From: a virus | Strand: one strand, 5' to 3' | Length of the DNA: 64,000 bases | IMG/VR virus record: IMGVR_UViG_3300025910_000007 | Coordinates: 20,484-84,483 of that record | In this document: positions 8,502 to 18,282 of the stretch, piece after piece | Layout of the letters: the number at the start of each line of letters is the position of its first letter | How positions within the stretch are numbered: the stretch's first letter is position 1 | Notes under the pieces: model-generated | Databases searched by the model: none | What the model was told of the DNA's origin: nothing | Seen by the model: only the letters and a program-made list of their open reading frames with translations | Position numbers and translations under genes: made by a program

Positions 8502-9859
8502 GAATCCCTCTTATTCAACCATGCCGGTACTTCCATGATTTGTTGCGCCACACCGTTAGCAGAGTTATCGCGCAATACCTGATTGATGCTGGCGCAAATG
8601 CCAGCATACATCTCGCAGATTTGCCGTTCCTTGCGCAGCATATTGGCCGCTACCTTGCCTTCTGCTTCAGTATGAACCAGCCGCACATTGACACGATTCT
8701 TCTGCCCAAATCGCCAGCACCGCCGCAGTGCCTGATAGTATTGTTCCACGCTATGCGTTGGAAAGTAACTCACGTCTGCGCAATGCTGCCAGTTCAGGCC
8801 GAAACTGGCGATCTTGGGCTTCGTCACCAGCGCCCGTATCTGGCCGCTGGTGAACGCCATTAGTTTCTCTTCCTTTTCCTCATCACGGTCAGCACCGCTA
8901 ACCTGTACCGCTCCGGGGATGAATCGTTCTAATAGCGCCGCTTCCTTGTTGAGCTGACACCAGGCAAGAACGGGCCGGTCTCTTGGTAGTAGTTCAGCTA
9001 CCTTCTGGCAGCGTCGTTCCGCCGTTCGTTTCTTTTCTTCGCGCTGCTCGGCCAGAGTATTCGCCTGATAAGGGAAAAAACCATTGCGGAAATCATTGGG
9101 CAGTACGACTCGTTCCGCAACCAATTCGGGTAAGATGAATGCACCGTCGGCGTAGCCCAGATCAGAAGGTAGCCGTACCGCTCGTGCCCATCCTGACATC
9201 CATTCCCAGAAGCGTGTACGGGCATGTCCCTTTAACGCCCAATGCTGCGTATCTTCCCCACCGTTGGTGAAGAACATGCCCAGCATTTGCCCACGAGGCA
9301 TGATGCCCAATGCTTCAGACAGCGAACCAATCTCCATGTGATCGTTGGGGGCAGGAGTAGCGGTACAGCCCAAACGATACGGAACCTTCGTCATGAATTC
9401 AGTAACAACTCGCCGTGTTTTGCCGTCGAAATTCTTGATGCAGCTCAGTTCATCACCGACAAAGCCCTGAAAATCAGTAGGGCGGTAATGGTGCAATTGC
9501 TCGTAATTGGTGACGTTGATCCCGCGATGCAATGCTCCGCCCTTGACGCGATGAGCAATCATGCCGAAACGTTCGGCCTCCTGAACGAACTGCCGTCCTA
9601 CAGCCAAAGGTGTCGCAATTAGAATATTGCTGTTGGTATGTCGTACCACGTTTTCAGACCAGACCAATGATAGAAGTGTTTTGCCTAGGCCGCAATCGGC
9701 GAGGGCCGCTGCCCAGCCCTGACGAATTGACCACTCCGCCAGATACTTTTGAAAATCAAAGAGACAGTCCGGTAAGAACGTCGGGGCAAATCCATGCCGA
9801 CGTCCTTGAACGGATTTGTGTTTGAGGAAAGCAGCGTATTCCCCGTTGGTATTTTTCAT
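8492..9859 (-). CDS. SF2 (SNF2-like) helicase
   Basis: ADCGLGKT, GDELS, TATPAPND, FGLNWQ, QALRRCWRFGQ. Confidence 0.9.
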   Translation of the reverse strand: MKNTNGEYAAFLKHKSVQGRRHGFAPTFLPDCLFDFQKYLAEWSIRQGWAAALADCGLGKTLLSLVWSENVVRHTNSNILIATPLAVGRQFVQEAERFGMIAHRVKGGALHRGINVTNYEQLHHYRPTDFQGFVGDELSCIKNFDGKTRRVVTEFMTKVPYRLGCTATPAPNDHMEIGSLSEALGIMPRGQMLGMFFTNGGEDTQHWALKGHARTRFWEWMSGWARAVRLPSDLGYADGAFILPELVAERVVLPNDFRNGFFPYQANTLAEQREEKKRTAERRCQKVAELLPRDRPVLAWCQLNKEAALLERFIPGAVQVSGADRDEEKEEKLMAFTSGQIRALVTKPKIASFGLNWQHCADVSYFPTHSVEQYYQALRRCWRFGQKNRVNVRLVHTEAEGKVAANMLRKERQICEMYAGICASINQVLRDNSANGVAQQIMEVPAWLNKRDSCQ

Positions 9860-11286
9860 CCCTTCGGCCCCCATTCACCGCTCCTATCAACCCACGGATT
9901 CTTCTGGAACCAGTTCGCTTCCCCAATATCCGCCTCAACCTCCATCGGCACTACCAGCCACGGCCATTCTTTTGGCAGCTTGACTGAAACGAAATGGCGA
10001 ACGGCATTCAGGTAGTCTTGTAGTTCGCTACGGGGCACGCTGCTGATGATTGAGTCATGGATCTGGCCAACGATCTTTGCCCGCATCTTGTGCTTTTCAA
10101 TCCACTGTTGCAGCCAGACCAGCACTTGCAACAGGCAATGGAATGAGGCTCCTTGGATCACGTAGTTCAGGACTTCGTTCCTCTTATATATCCCTGAACA
10201 CTTGAAGCCAGTATGCATGGCGAACCAACCCTTACGACGGTACGCCTGCCACCATTGTTCCTTCCATAGGGTGTAGACGGGAAAGCGGTTCTGCCACAGT
10301 TCGTCTTCTGCTGACTTTACCTGCGCTTCAAATGTACCGACTGCGGGCGCATGCTTGGGATTGCATGCCCCCAATTTCGTGATACCTTTTGCAGCCAGCC
10401 AGCGCCTCATGGGAATCTTGTTGGGTCCACGCAGATAGCGGGAAGTCCGCCACAATGACGGGGCGCACTGGAAATAGACGCTGCCGTAAAATTGTGCGAA
10501 AACGAATGCCCCCTTGCACAGATTCCTGAGTGGTCCTGCATCTTCCTTGGCAATCTGGTTCCATTCTTCTCGGGTGATGAGGAAATTGTCCAGGGCGGCG
10601 TCTCGGTGCATGTCACTATCGGGGTTGACCAGATAGTCTACCAGCGTCGGGTCGTGATGGTAGCACGCGCTTACCCGCACTTCTGCGCCTCGGAAATCGT
10701 TCTCGACGATGACCCAATCTGGCCCGTCAGGTATGAATGCCGTGCGGATGTACTTGGAGATTTCCTTGTTGCGGATGGGGATGTTGGTGAAGTTGGGCGA
10801 ACTTGACGAAGACCGAAATGTGATGACGGTATTCAGGTTGAATGATGGATGCAGCCGGCCGTTGCAGACTTCTTGCGTGATCCCCTTGAGATAGGTGCCC
10901 CGCAGCTTGCACAACTTCTTCCAGCGAAAGTACGGCTTCAGGAACGGCAGCTTGATGCCAGCGAACGCCGCTTCATTGGTACTGTCCCGCCCTGTCGCCG
11001 TTACCGTCTTGCTTTTGTGTTTCAGTTCCTGAAAGACAACATGGGCCAACTGCGGGCCGCTGTCCAGATTGGCCTTCATGCCAAAGCGACGTCGCCAGAT
11101 TTTGTAAACATCGTCCGCACGTAGCTGTCGTTCCAGTTCCTCGATCTGATTGGTAACTTGGACCGTGACCCGTTCCAGATAGGGAATGTCGATACGAATT
11201 CCGTTCGCTTCAACTTTCGCTAGCGCCAGCGCCCCCTCCATGAACAGCTTGAACGCCCGCGGTGAATCGGGAACGACCTTCTGCAT
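9856..11286 (-). CDS. polA: DNA polymerase family A, polymerase domain only
   Basis: TFRSSSSSPNFTNIP, motif A DFRGAEVR, motif B R..CK...FAQFYG, NYVIQG, motif C QIHDS; no exonuclease domain. Confidence 0.93.
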   Translation of the reverse strand: MQKVVPDSPRAFKLFMEGALALAKVEANGIRIDIPYLERVTVQVTNQIEELERQLRADDVYKIWRRRFGMKANLDSGPQLAHVVFQELKHKSKTVTATGRDSTNEAAFAGIKLPFLKPYFRWKKLCKLRGTYLKGITQEVCNGRLHPSFNLNTVITFRSSSSSPNFTNIPIRNKEISKYIRTAFIPDGPDWVIVENDFRGAEVRVSACYHHDPTLVDYLVNPDSDMHRDAALDNFLITREEWNQIAKEDAGPLRNLCKGAFVFAQFYGSVYFQCAPSLWRTSRYLRGPNKIPMRRWLAAKGITKLGACNPKHAPAVGTFEAQVKSAEDELWQNRFPVYTLWKEQWWQAYRRKGWFAMHTGFKCSGIYKRNEVLNYVIQGASFHCLLQVLVWLQQWIEKHKMRAKIVGQIHDSIISSVPRSELQDYLNAVRHFVSVKLPKEWPWLVVPMEVEADIGEANWFQKNPWVDRSGEWGPKG

Positions 11287-11805
11287 CAGCGGCCTCCCCG
11301 ATGCCGCAGAATGATCTCTTGCGCAACACGCAGGTTCAGCCCGTTGGTTTCCTTTATCACCTTGGCATGATCGGGGCCAATCCAGCCGGGCGGTTTCAGG
11401 AACTTACCTGATGGACTGAATGTCGCCTGACCGCCGGGGAATTTTCTGTCGTTCGCTTCACATACTTCGGCCAGATGGGGCAGGTCAGGAACACCGCAGG
11501 AGAGCATGGTGCCGATGCAGACATATATTGTGTCGCAACAGCCGTCGATGACATCCTTCAGAATGGTTGGGCAATGACCATGCAGTTTCAACCTGTCCGG
11601 TCCCTCAAAATCGGTATCGACCTCAAACCCCAGAGCGTAGATCGTCTCCAGCGCTTCCTCCAGTATCAGTTCCGCCCGCAGCCGGCGTGTCGCTTCATCA
11701 GGCTGGGCTGGGCTGGGCGGGAACCTGCTGGTGGGCATCAGTAGGGGCGCAGGTGCCCATACAGAATAGGTTGGAGACAGCGGTAGGACTGAGTTTGTCG
11801 AACAT
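11286..11805 (-). CDS. MazG-like / PRA-PH-type nucleotide pyrophosphohydrolase, apparent +1 frameshift near 11700-11720
   Basis: LRAELILEEALE, DGCCDTIYV, EVCEANDRK, GKFLKPPGW. The strong SD (AGGAG) ATG at 11805 is out of frame with the body across a (GCCCA)3 repeat. Confidence 0.75.
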
Positions 11806-11813
11806 GGATTCTC

Positions 11814-12629
11814 CTAGACGATCATCTCTGCGCGATCTTGCAACACGGGCTGGTATTCCTTGTCTAATGAAAAATCATCCGCTTTGAAATCTTCGGACGT
11901 TGGGGTATAGACGAGACCGGGCGTTCGCAAACATTGCTTTTTCGCATCAGCGATACGCCGCGCCAGATCGTAGTGGGCTTGATAGATATGAACATCACCG
12001 CCGATCCAAACCAGTTTGGACGCGATCCGCCCGGTCCGATATGCTAACCACATCAAGAACGCCCAATACTGAAACCAATTGTGGGGCAGTCCGCAGATCA
12101 CATCTACCGACCGTTGGTATGTAACCAACGTCAGCCCATTGTTCTTCCCAACGAATGCTTGAATGATGGTGCCGTGGCAATTGGTAATCGGGCAAGACGA
12201 ATGAGTCATATCCGCCGTATTCCAAGTAGTGATGACGTTCCGACGGCTGAATGGATGATTTTGCACCCCATCGAGCATCAGTGCTATTTGGTCCACTGCG
12301 ATGTTGCCGATTAACGATCCACGAAAATTACGAAACTGCTGCGAGTAATTGAATGGTACATTGCCTATGTGATTTGCCCACGGCTGCCACCACGAACGAA
12401 CTTTTTCATGCAAATCCCAGATGTTACACGATCCACTCATGAACCATTCCCATTCACGCAAGCAATTCTTCCATGCCGTTTTGCGGGCTGACACAAGAGG
12501 CACGACGTTAAATTCGATTTGCATAGCGACCATGCGACGGCAAACCGAATTGCGTGTCATCAATTCTTCGCCGTCATCCAGTATGCTGCAAATCAAATCG
12601 GCATAGGTGGCATCCACGTTGCCCATCAT
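11814..12629 (-). CDS. thyA: thymidylate synthase
   Basis: SRRNVITTWN, catalytic CH, YQRSVD...GLPHN, GDVHIY..H. Confidence 0.92.
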   Translation of the reverse strand: MMGNVDATYADLICSILDDGEELMTRNSVCRRMVAMQIEFNVVPLVSARKTAWKNCLREWEWFMSGSCNIWDLHEKVRSWWQPWANHIGNVPFNYSQQFRNFRGSLIGNIAVDQIALMLDGVQNHPFSRRNVITTWNTADMTHSSCPITNCHGTIIQAFVGKNNGLTLVTYQRSVDVICGLPHNWFQYWAFLMWLAYRTGRIASKLVWIGGDVHIYQAHYDLARRIADAKKQCLRTPGLVYTPTSEDFKADDFSLDKEYQPVLQDRAEMIV

Positions 12630-12889
12630 CGGTACTTCCCACCTTCCTTCATTATCTCCACGTCCGTGCCGCCGTTCAGTTCCCGAAACTCTCCGTTCCA
12701 CCAAGTGTCGCCAGTAGGTCCGTCGTACATTTGGATGTTGAAACGGTAGGTTCCCGATATTTCCAACGGGTTGATGAAGCTGTGGTAATGATCGTAGTAG
12801 TATTGGCCGGGAGCGTTGGTTCGGTAGTTCCAACCATAGAGCGGTTCGCTTTCAGCGATCCAGCGTTTGTATCCAGCCAACGCTGCCAT
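12626..12889 (-). CDS. hypothetical protein
   Basis: 87-aa ORF coupled to thyA. Confidence 0.5.
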   Translation of the reverse strand: MAALAGYKRWIAESEPLYGWNYRTNAPGQYYYDHYHSFINPLEISGTYRFNIQMYDGPTGDTWWNGEFRELNGGTDVEIMKEGGKYR

Positions 12890-12915
12890 CAGTTCCTATT
12901 TCTTTTCGATGGGAG

Positions 12916-13200
12916 TCACTTCGTATGCTCCTTGATCCATCGCTGGACTTCTTCCGCCACTTCCAAGTATTCCCGCGACGGCGTCAGGTTTACTTCTTGA
13001 CCCGGCCGATAGCTCTTCCAGATTTTTGCCCTCAAATAGGCCGGCAGCTTGAACCAATGCGCGGAACAGCCCCACATAGCCGGCGGACATTGTTTCGGGC
13101 AATTTGGCCAGTGGCAGTGATGATTGCGTGTCTGCCCCTGCGATTTGACGTAGGCCGCTTTCGCCGCGATTGATTCACCTGCGCTACGTTTCTTTGCCAT
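12916..13200 (-). CDS. hypothetical Cys/His-rich phage protein
   Basis: HHCHWPNC...MWGCSAHW. Confidence 0.6.
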   Translation of the reverse strand: MAKKRSAGESIAAKAAYVKSQGQTRNHHCHWPNCPKQCPPAMWGCSAHWFKLPAYLRAKIWKSYRPGQEVNLTPSREYLEVAEEVQRWIKEHTK

Positions 13201-13396
13201 CGGTTTTCCTTTTCTTTTCAGCGGCGCGGGCGGTCAGGTACTTACGGAAGTCTTCCAGTTCCTTGGTGTCGTTGTCCAGTTCTTTCGGATCAGGTTTCCA
13301 GCCGCAGCGGGGGCAACCGAGATGATCCTTACAGGAACCTTGCCAGCCAAACCGCTTCTTGCATTTGGGGCAGCAGGCGTCATTGAACGTGGTCAT
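13184..13396 (-). CDS. small zinc-ribbon protein
   Basis: CPKC...CPRC. Confidence 0.55.
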   Translation of the reverse strand: MTTFNDACCPKCKKRFGWQGSCKDHLGCPRCGWKPDPKELDNDTKELEDFRKYLTARAAEKKRKTDGKET

Positions 13397-13734
13397 CAGG
13401 CGCTATGCCCCTTCCGCATCTCAGCGATAGTGTCGGGGTCATCCCTGCGGTGCAGACCACGCGTCGGATCACCCTGCCCATGCGTAATGCGGTAGGCGTC
13501 GAATTCGTCAGCCAGCCTACGCAGACGTGCGGGGAAATCGGGATGTACGTCAGGATCGTTGGCGATGCTGTCCGCGTAGGCCCGCAAAGCGACAGCGGCG
13601 TGCGGATCACGGGCACCCAGCACGAAGTTGGGCCACTCAACCACCGTACCATCCCTGCGCTTTACAAGGTATTTGCCCTCTGGCGACTTGGGATCGTCAC
13701 GGACTAAGCCGGCCAACTTCGGTTTCTCGTTCAT
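13396..13734 (-). CDS. hypothetical phage protein
   Basis: FVLGARDPHAAVALRAYA motif; start MNEKPK. Confidence 0.6.
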   Translation of the reverse strand: MNEKPKLAGLVRDDPKSPEGKYLVKRRDGTVVEWPNFVLGARDPHAAVALRAYADSIANDPDVHPDFPARLRRLADEFDAYRITHGQGDPTRGLHRRDDPDTIAEMRKGHSA

Positions 13735-14128
13735 CGTTTTCCCCAAAAGGGTTTTGTGGCGATGGTAGGGCATGAGACGCACATCCAACGTGTCCGCATC
13801 TAGGACATTTGCCAACGCCCTTAACAATTTCGTCCAGCGTCGCGGTCAATTGTCGATCATGGTAACGAGCGGCCCGTGCCTCGAACACGAACAACGCAGC
13901 CTTCAGCAAACCGATACCCGCTTCGGTTTCCGCACAGGGCAACTGGCTGTTGACATATTCGGCGCGGTCGATCAACGCCCGCAGCACTTCTTGCATCGTC
14001 GTGCCAGGGTGATGGCCAATGTTGCCGGGGTACTTGGTCCCTTCTCGCTTGACGAATGTAAGCGTTTGGAGCAGTTCTCCGTCTAGCGGGTCCAATAGGT
14101 ATTCATGGCCGCGATCAACCACTATCAC
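13697..14128 (-). CDS. hypothetical phage protein
   Basis: LTFVKREG.KYPGN...PGTTMQEVLRALIDR; probable GTG start coupled to the upstream stop. Confidence 0.55.
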   Translation of the reverse strand: MIVVDRGHEYLLDPLDGELLQTLTFVKREGTKYPGNIGHHPGTTMQEVLRALIDRAEYVNSQLPCAETEAGIGLLKAALFVFEARAARYHDRQLTATLDEIVKGVGKCPRCGHVGCASHALPSPQNPFGENDERETEVGRLSP

Positions 14129-15363
14129 AGTTTCAACCCCATTTTTGGCGCCAGCTTTTGTGCGATGTGCCATTCCACCAACGAGTCCATCCCGTTATAC
14201 AGCAGCAGTTTTTGTAGCGGGGCCTCGCGGATGCGGTTGGGTGAATTGCCACCCCCTTTGGATGTCAGAAATGGCTTGATTTCATCATCGTAGCTTTCCC
14301 CACCTAGTAGCGCGAACGTCATGAACTTGGCGCCGGTGATACCCCGCCGGTTGTCCGCTACATGAGACGCCAGCATGTCGTCGATCTTCCAGTTCCGCGG
14401 CATCACGCCCAGCTTGGCCAACGACCACCGAATCTCGAACTGAATATGCTGCCCGATCTTGGGCGAGTCCGACAGGAGCATTTCTTTAGTGGCTTGGATC
14501 GCTTCCCCGTGCCAGGGGTAAGCGACGCTGATCACCCCGTCGCTAACCGAACAGCTGTAGATTTCGGCATGCGCCCCGTCCGGCTTCAAAGTGGTAGTTT
14601 CATAGTCGAACGCCAGCGGCTTCCCCACCGCCGTCATCTTCCGCACCGCTGCTGCTGCCTTGTTCGCGTCCAGCTCCACCCGCACCATCGCCTTGTAGTC
14701 AGGCGGGCCGTCCGGCCACGGCCGTCCCTTCAGTTTCAGCGCCCATTCCAACTGCTTTTCAAAATCGTTCAGCACCAATGGGTCGGGCTTGTCGTTGAAC
14801 CGCTGAGCACTGCGTAGGACGTGGCTAGGATGCCAAACGGGTGCTACCCAGGCGTTTAGTTGCTGGTTGGGGATGCGCCAACCGACCCATTTGGTGACTT
14901 CGCCGGGGTCTTCCTTCCACAGCCAGCCGATGACCGACTTGACCGCGTGTTTGCCCAACAGGATCACCAGCTCGGGCTTCAGTGCTTTGATAGCGTTGAC
15001 GACGGTAGGACGGCAGTAGCCGATTTCCTTGTCGGTAGGTTGACGGTTTTTGCCCTTGGCGTCGCTAGCGCGGCAGGCGATGGCGTTCATAATCCAGCAA
15101 TCGCGGGTCAGTTCGCACTTGAACCGACGCAGCGTTTGCTTCAGCAGATCACCAGCGGGTCCGACAAACGGCCGGCCGACAAGGTCTTCGTTTTCACCGG
15201 GGCCTTCACCGCAGATGAGGATTTTGCGGGCGCCGTCTCCATCAATCGGCATGCGAGGGCTTGCGCACTTCTTGTCGAGCTTACACGTCCAGCATTGTGG
15301 TTGCGGCGGGACCAGCAGCTTGAGCGAACGGGTTGTGACGGCGGAAAAGAAACCGGCCATCAT
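14125..15363 (-). CDS. family-4 uracil-DNA glycosylase fused to a PolA-type 3'-5' exonuclease (N-terminal half of a split polymerase)
   Basis: CxxC, GEGPGENED..GRPFVGPAG, WHPSHVLR; then ExoI AFDYETT, ExoII HIQFE, ExoIII YNGMDS. Confidence 0.88.
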   Translation of the reverse strand: MMAGFFSAVTTRSLKLLVPPQPQCWTCKLDKKCASPRMPIDGDGARKILICGEGPGENEDLVGRPFVGPAGDLLKQTLRRFKCELTRDCWIMNAIACRASDAKGKNRQPTDKEIGYCRPTVVNAIKALKPELVILLGKHAVKSVIGWLWKEDPGEVTKWVGWRIPNQQLNAWVAPVWHPSHVLRSAQRFNDKPDPLVLNDFEKQLEWALKLKGRPWPDGPPDYKAMVRVELDANKAAAAVRKMTAVGKPLAFDYETTTLKPDGAHAEIYSCSVSDGVISVAYPWHGEAIQATKEMLLSDSPKIGQHIQFEIRWSLAKLGVMPRNWKIDDMLASHVADNRRGITGAKFMTFALLGGESYDDEIKPFLTSKGGGNSPNRIREAPLQKLLLYNGMDSLVEWHIAQKLAPKMGLKL

Positions 15364-15735
15364 TCTGCCCCCATTGCGTAATCATCAGCTTCGGCGCAAT
15401 CACTGCACAATCCCAATGGCGGCGGATCTTCAACTGACCAAGGGAACAACCGTCGGCAATTGGTACATGCGTAACAATCTGGGCACGCCACTACTTCGCG
15501 AAACACATCGCCGAATTGCCTGCCGCAGCGTCGACAGCATGGTGGATTATTGCTGTCCATCATGCAGCCCCAATCGTCTCAGTGTCTACCAGCATCCGGT
15601 CAATGTCGTCGTACCCACCTGCCAGCATCCGCTCCTCTACCTCACGCGGATCAACGCCCGGCACCTTGCTCCAACCTGCCAGATGATGAAAGTCCCACAG
15701 CGAATCCAACACAGCGTTCCACGCACTTTGCGTCA

Positions 15736-16809
15736 TCATGACTCCTGTTCGACTACTTCAGTAGCTTCTTCATGTGTCCCATCGCCGTTGCTGATAGGGG
15801 ACACGTTCGGCCGAAAGAGCCATGCCGTGTAAATGTACCCACCCGCATCAACCCGCAGCCGATCCGTTGTCAGCGTCATCTCGCGGTGTTTGGTGACAAT
15901 ATCGCTCAGAATCTTGGGCGAAATCAGGAACGTCAGCTTGGGACCGTTGTACGTTACCTTGGGCGTTTCCTCGAACCAACCGGACACGCCCGTACCGCGT
16001 AATACCAATCGCCCCGGCCGCAACGAAACCTCCAGCATGTTGTTGTCAGTATTCTCTTGAGAGAATACCTCAGCGCGGGCGGCTGCTTCGGCCAGCCCCT
16101 TCGGCAACGCAGCGGGCTCGCCGCCTTCGGCCAGGAATTCCGTCAGGCTGGGGTAGTCTTCCAGATAGCGACGGCAGGACAGCACCAATCCGTTGGGATT
16201 GCGGAAATGAACCCAGCCCGCCGTTTCCCCGAATTCGACCATGCCCAACGATACGACGTTCTTCAGACTGGACGGCTTGAACATGGCCGGTTCGGCGAAG
16301 CCCGTTTTCAGTCGCCAGCGGCATGCCTGAAAATCAGTACCGGCTTCGATCCATTTGGGATGGACGTGGACAACGTTCGCGGCCGCCTTGGGGTCTTTCT
16401 CGTCTGCGCAGTTGTGGACGATGTTGACTGCCTCGCAGAAGTCCTTGTGCAACTTGTGCCACTCTGTTGGCGTTTCGATGCTGTCGATGGGCAGCAGGAT
16501 TTCCTTCTCCATGCGGATGCCGGATCGGCGACGTTTGCCTGCTACCAGCAGTTCGCCGTCGCCTGCGCTGACGTCAATGTCGTCGTCGGGTAGCAGCTTC
16601 AGGATGTCCAGCAGCGATTTGGACTGGACGGCGCCAGTGAACGCCTTCTCCAGACCGGATGGACCGCGGCAGGCGATTTCGTCGTTGAATGCGCAGACCT
16701 GCCCCTTGACAAAAATGAAGCACTGACTTTGCTCGATGACCTCCCTCGTAGCCAGGCCGGGGGCGACACCTTCCAGGCAACGCAGGAAATGCTCACGTCC
16801 GATTTTCAC
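15736..16809 (-). CDS. DNA sliding clamp (beta-clamp-like)
   Basis: 357 aa with a three-domain beta-rich pattern, SCRRYLEDYP resembling the DnaN SRLxxGxYP motif; a clamp loader is in the same region. Confidence 0.65.
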   Translation of the reverse strand: MKIGREHFLRCLEGVAPGLATREVIEQSQCFIFVKGQVCAFNDEIACRGPSGLEKAFTGAVQSKSLLDILKLLPDDDIDVSAGDGELLVAGKRRRSGIRMEKEILLPIDSIETPTEWHKLHKDFCEAVNIVHNCADEKDPKAAANVVHVHPKWIEAGTDFQACRWRLKTGFAEPAMFKPSSLKNVVSLGMVEFGETAGWVHFRNPNGLVLSCRRYLEDYPSLTEFLAEGGEPAALPKGLAEAAARAEVFSQENTDNNMLEVSLRPGRLVLRGTGVSGWFEETPKVTYNGPKLTFLISPKILSDIVTKHREMTLTTDRLRVDAGGYIYTAWLFRPNVSPISNGDGTHEEATEVVEQES

Positions 16810-17386
16810 AATGTTCCTCCTGTCCGAGCGATAGTATCAAACGTTTCAATGCACCGGCGCTATTCAGCAGATGACTGAGGCGCCGGGCTATCTCCAGATC
16901 AGTCAGCTCTGTTTTGTCGTGGCGGCTGAATGGACCGGCGGCTGTGTTCAAAGTACGTTGCATCCAGGCATGAATCTCTTGCTTGCTGCGGCTTGTCAGT
17001 TTGGCGATCCATGACAGTTTATAGGCCCCGTTCTTCTGCCCCGCTTCGCCGAAACAGAGAGCCAGCAGGTCCAGTTCCCGCTTGCTGAACGGTTCGCCGG
17101 CACGGTTGATCCGATTCGTCGAAACGTAACCAGCGACGTCTGGATAGCGGGCCGGTAGTTTCCAAAGCCGTGTCCAGATGGATTTGGGGCTCCTGCCCAT
17201 TTCGCTGTGGAAAGAGGGCGGCCGACCAGAAGCAATCCAACCATGAACAAGGAAACCGTCCAACAGTATATCATCATCGGCTGGCGTCCACGGATCGCCG
17301 TCGTGATAGAATTCGCCGTACCGTTCCGCCAGCCGGCGTTTCTGTTCGTTGAGTTTCGATCTGGGGTTGATGTGACGTTCACGCAT
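16793..17386 (-). CDS. hypothetical protein with tandem Myb/HTH-like repeats
   Basis: PWTPADDDILL...MGRSPKSIWTRL and PFSKRELDLL...TSRSKQEI. Confidence 0.5.
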   Translation of the reverse strand: MRERHINPRSKLNEQKRRLAERYGEFYHDGDPWTPADDDILLDGFLVHGWIASGRPPSFHSEMGRSPKSIWTRLWKLPARYPDVAGYVSTNRINRAGEPFSKRELDLLALCFGEAGQKNGAYKLSWIAKLTSRSKQEIHAWMQRTLNTAAGPFSRHDKTELTDLEIARRLSHLLNSAGALKRLILSLGQEEHCENRT

Positions 17387-17388
17387 GG

Positions 17389-17571
17389 TTATTTCGTTTT
17401 CCTACTCTGTACATAATGACGCAATCGCAGCTTTTGATCCTGCATCCGATTGGTTATCAGGTAGTATGAGAGCATGAATACCCGACGCCCCCCCCGTAAC
17501 ACAATCTCCGGTTCACCAACCAGCTTCCGTCCGGGTAGGGCGCCGCAGCTGCCCGAGTAAAACAGGATCAT
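17389..17571 (-). CDS. micro-ORF unit G of the DpdA-tail paralog array (intact; G8 tract in frame)
   Basis: MILFYSGSCGALPGRKLVGEPEIVLRGGRRVFMLSYYLITN...; G8 at 17488-17495. Confidence 0.75.
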   Translation of the reverse strand: MILFYSGSCGALPGRKLVGEPEIVLRGGRRVFMLSYYLITNRMQDQKLRLRHYVQSRKTK

Positions 17572-17730
17572 GCGTCATCTTTCCGAAGCGATAGTTTTGC
17601 ATCTGTCCACTACCCTCTTCTTTCGGACAAGAAATCAGGTAGTACGACAACATCAATGCAGCGCCCCCCCAAGGACGTCTTCTGGTTCCAGATCTTTGTT
17701 GCCGTTACTGCCTGAGTAGAACAGAATCAC
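17513..17730 (-). CDS. micro-ORF unit F (out of frame at a G7 tract)
   Basis: GTG start: MILFYSGSNGNKDLEPEDVLGG / shift at 17664-17670 / AALMLSYYLISCPKEEGSGQMQNYRF... Confidence 0.7.
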
Positions 17731-17912
17731 GCGGGTAACTTCTTCCGCATACGGCGATAGCGACGGAAGCGGCCCTGCTGCATTTTCACCGCGGCCTGTC
17801 CTGAGAGCATATGATAGGTGAGCATGAAATCGCCTTTGCGCAACACCAGCTCAGGATCACATCGCGTGATCTTCAGCGTCCCGTCGCCGTTTCCCGAGAA
17901 AAAAATACGAAT
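17727..17912 (-). CDS. micro-ORF unit E (no canonical start; ATT start or fused to unit D)
   Basis: IRIFFSGNGDGTLKITRCDPELVLRKGDFMLTYHMLSGQAAVKMQQGRFRRYRRMRKKLPA*; the stop overlaps the GTG of unit F. Confidence 0.65.
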   Translation of the reverse strand: MRIFFSGNGDGTLKITRCDPELVLRKGDFMLTYHMLSGQAAVKMQQGRFRRYRRMRKKLPA

Positions 17913-18076
17913 AACTTTCCCTCTTCTGTTTGCATACCAGCCGAAAACGGGGCTCTGGCCTACGTTTGCCTACTGAGTTGACAGCTGTCAGCATCAGCGT
18001 AGCCGCAGCCCCGAAGTATCGTTCAGGATCAGTGGTATGGTCTCCCCCCCCCGTCGCCACTGTAGAAAATTACCAC
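17857..18076 (-). CDS. micro-ORF unit D (out of frame at a G9 tract)
   Basis: GTG start: MVIFYSGDGG / shift at 18044-18052 / GDHTTDPERYFGAAATLMLTAVNSVGKRRPEPRFRLV... Confidence 0.7.
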
Positions 18077-18252
18077 GGCCGCTTACTCTGCTTGCGATGA
18101 AATATGCGACGCATGATCTTTTTACCAAATGCTGACGATTTGCCACTGGCGTAAATATCGTAATAGGTGCAGAGCAGACAAGGAACTGTTCGCGACCGTC
18201 GCACCATCGCAATGTCAATAGGTCGATGAACTCCAGCAATGAACATAATCAT
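18070..18252 (-). CDS. micro-ORF unit C (intact, most divergent, no G tract)
   Basis: MIMFIAGVHRPIDIAMVRRSRTVPCLLCTYYDIY...basic tail. Confidence 0.65.
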   Translation of the reverse strand: MIMFIAGVHRPIDIAMVRRSRTVPCLLCTYYDIYASGKSSAFGKKIMRRIFHRKQSKRPW

Positions 18253-18282
18253 CGTGCGATCTCAATCAAGTGCTGAAAATTA

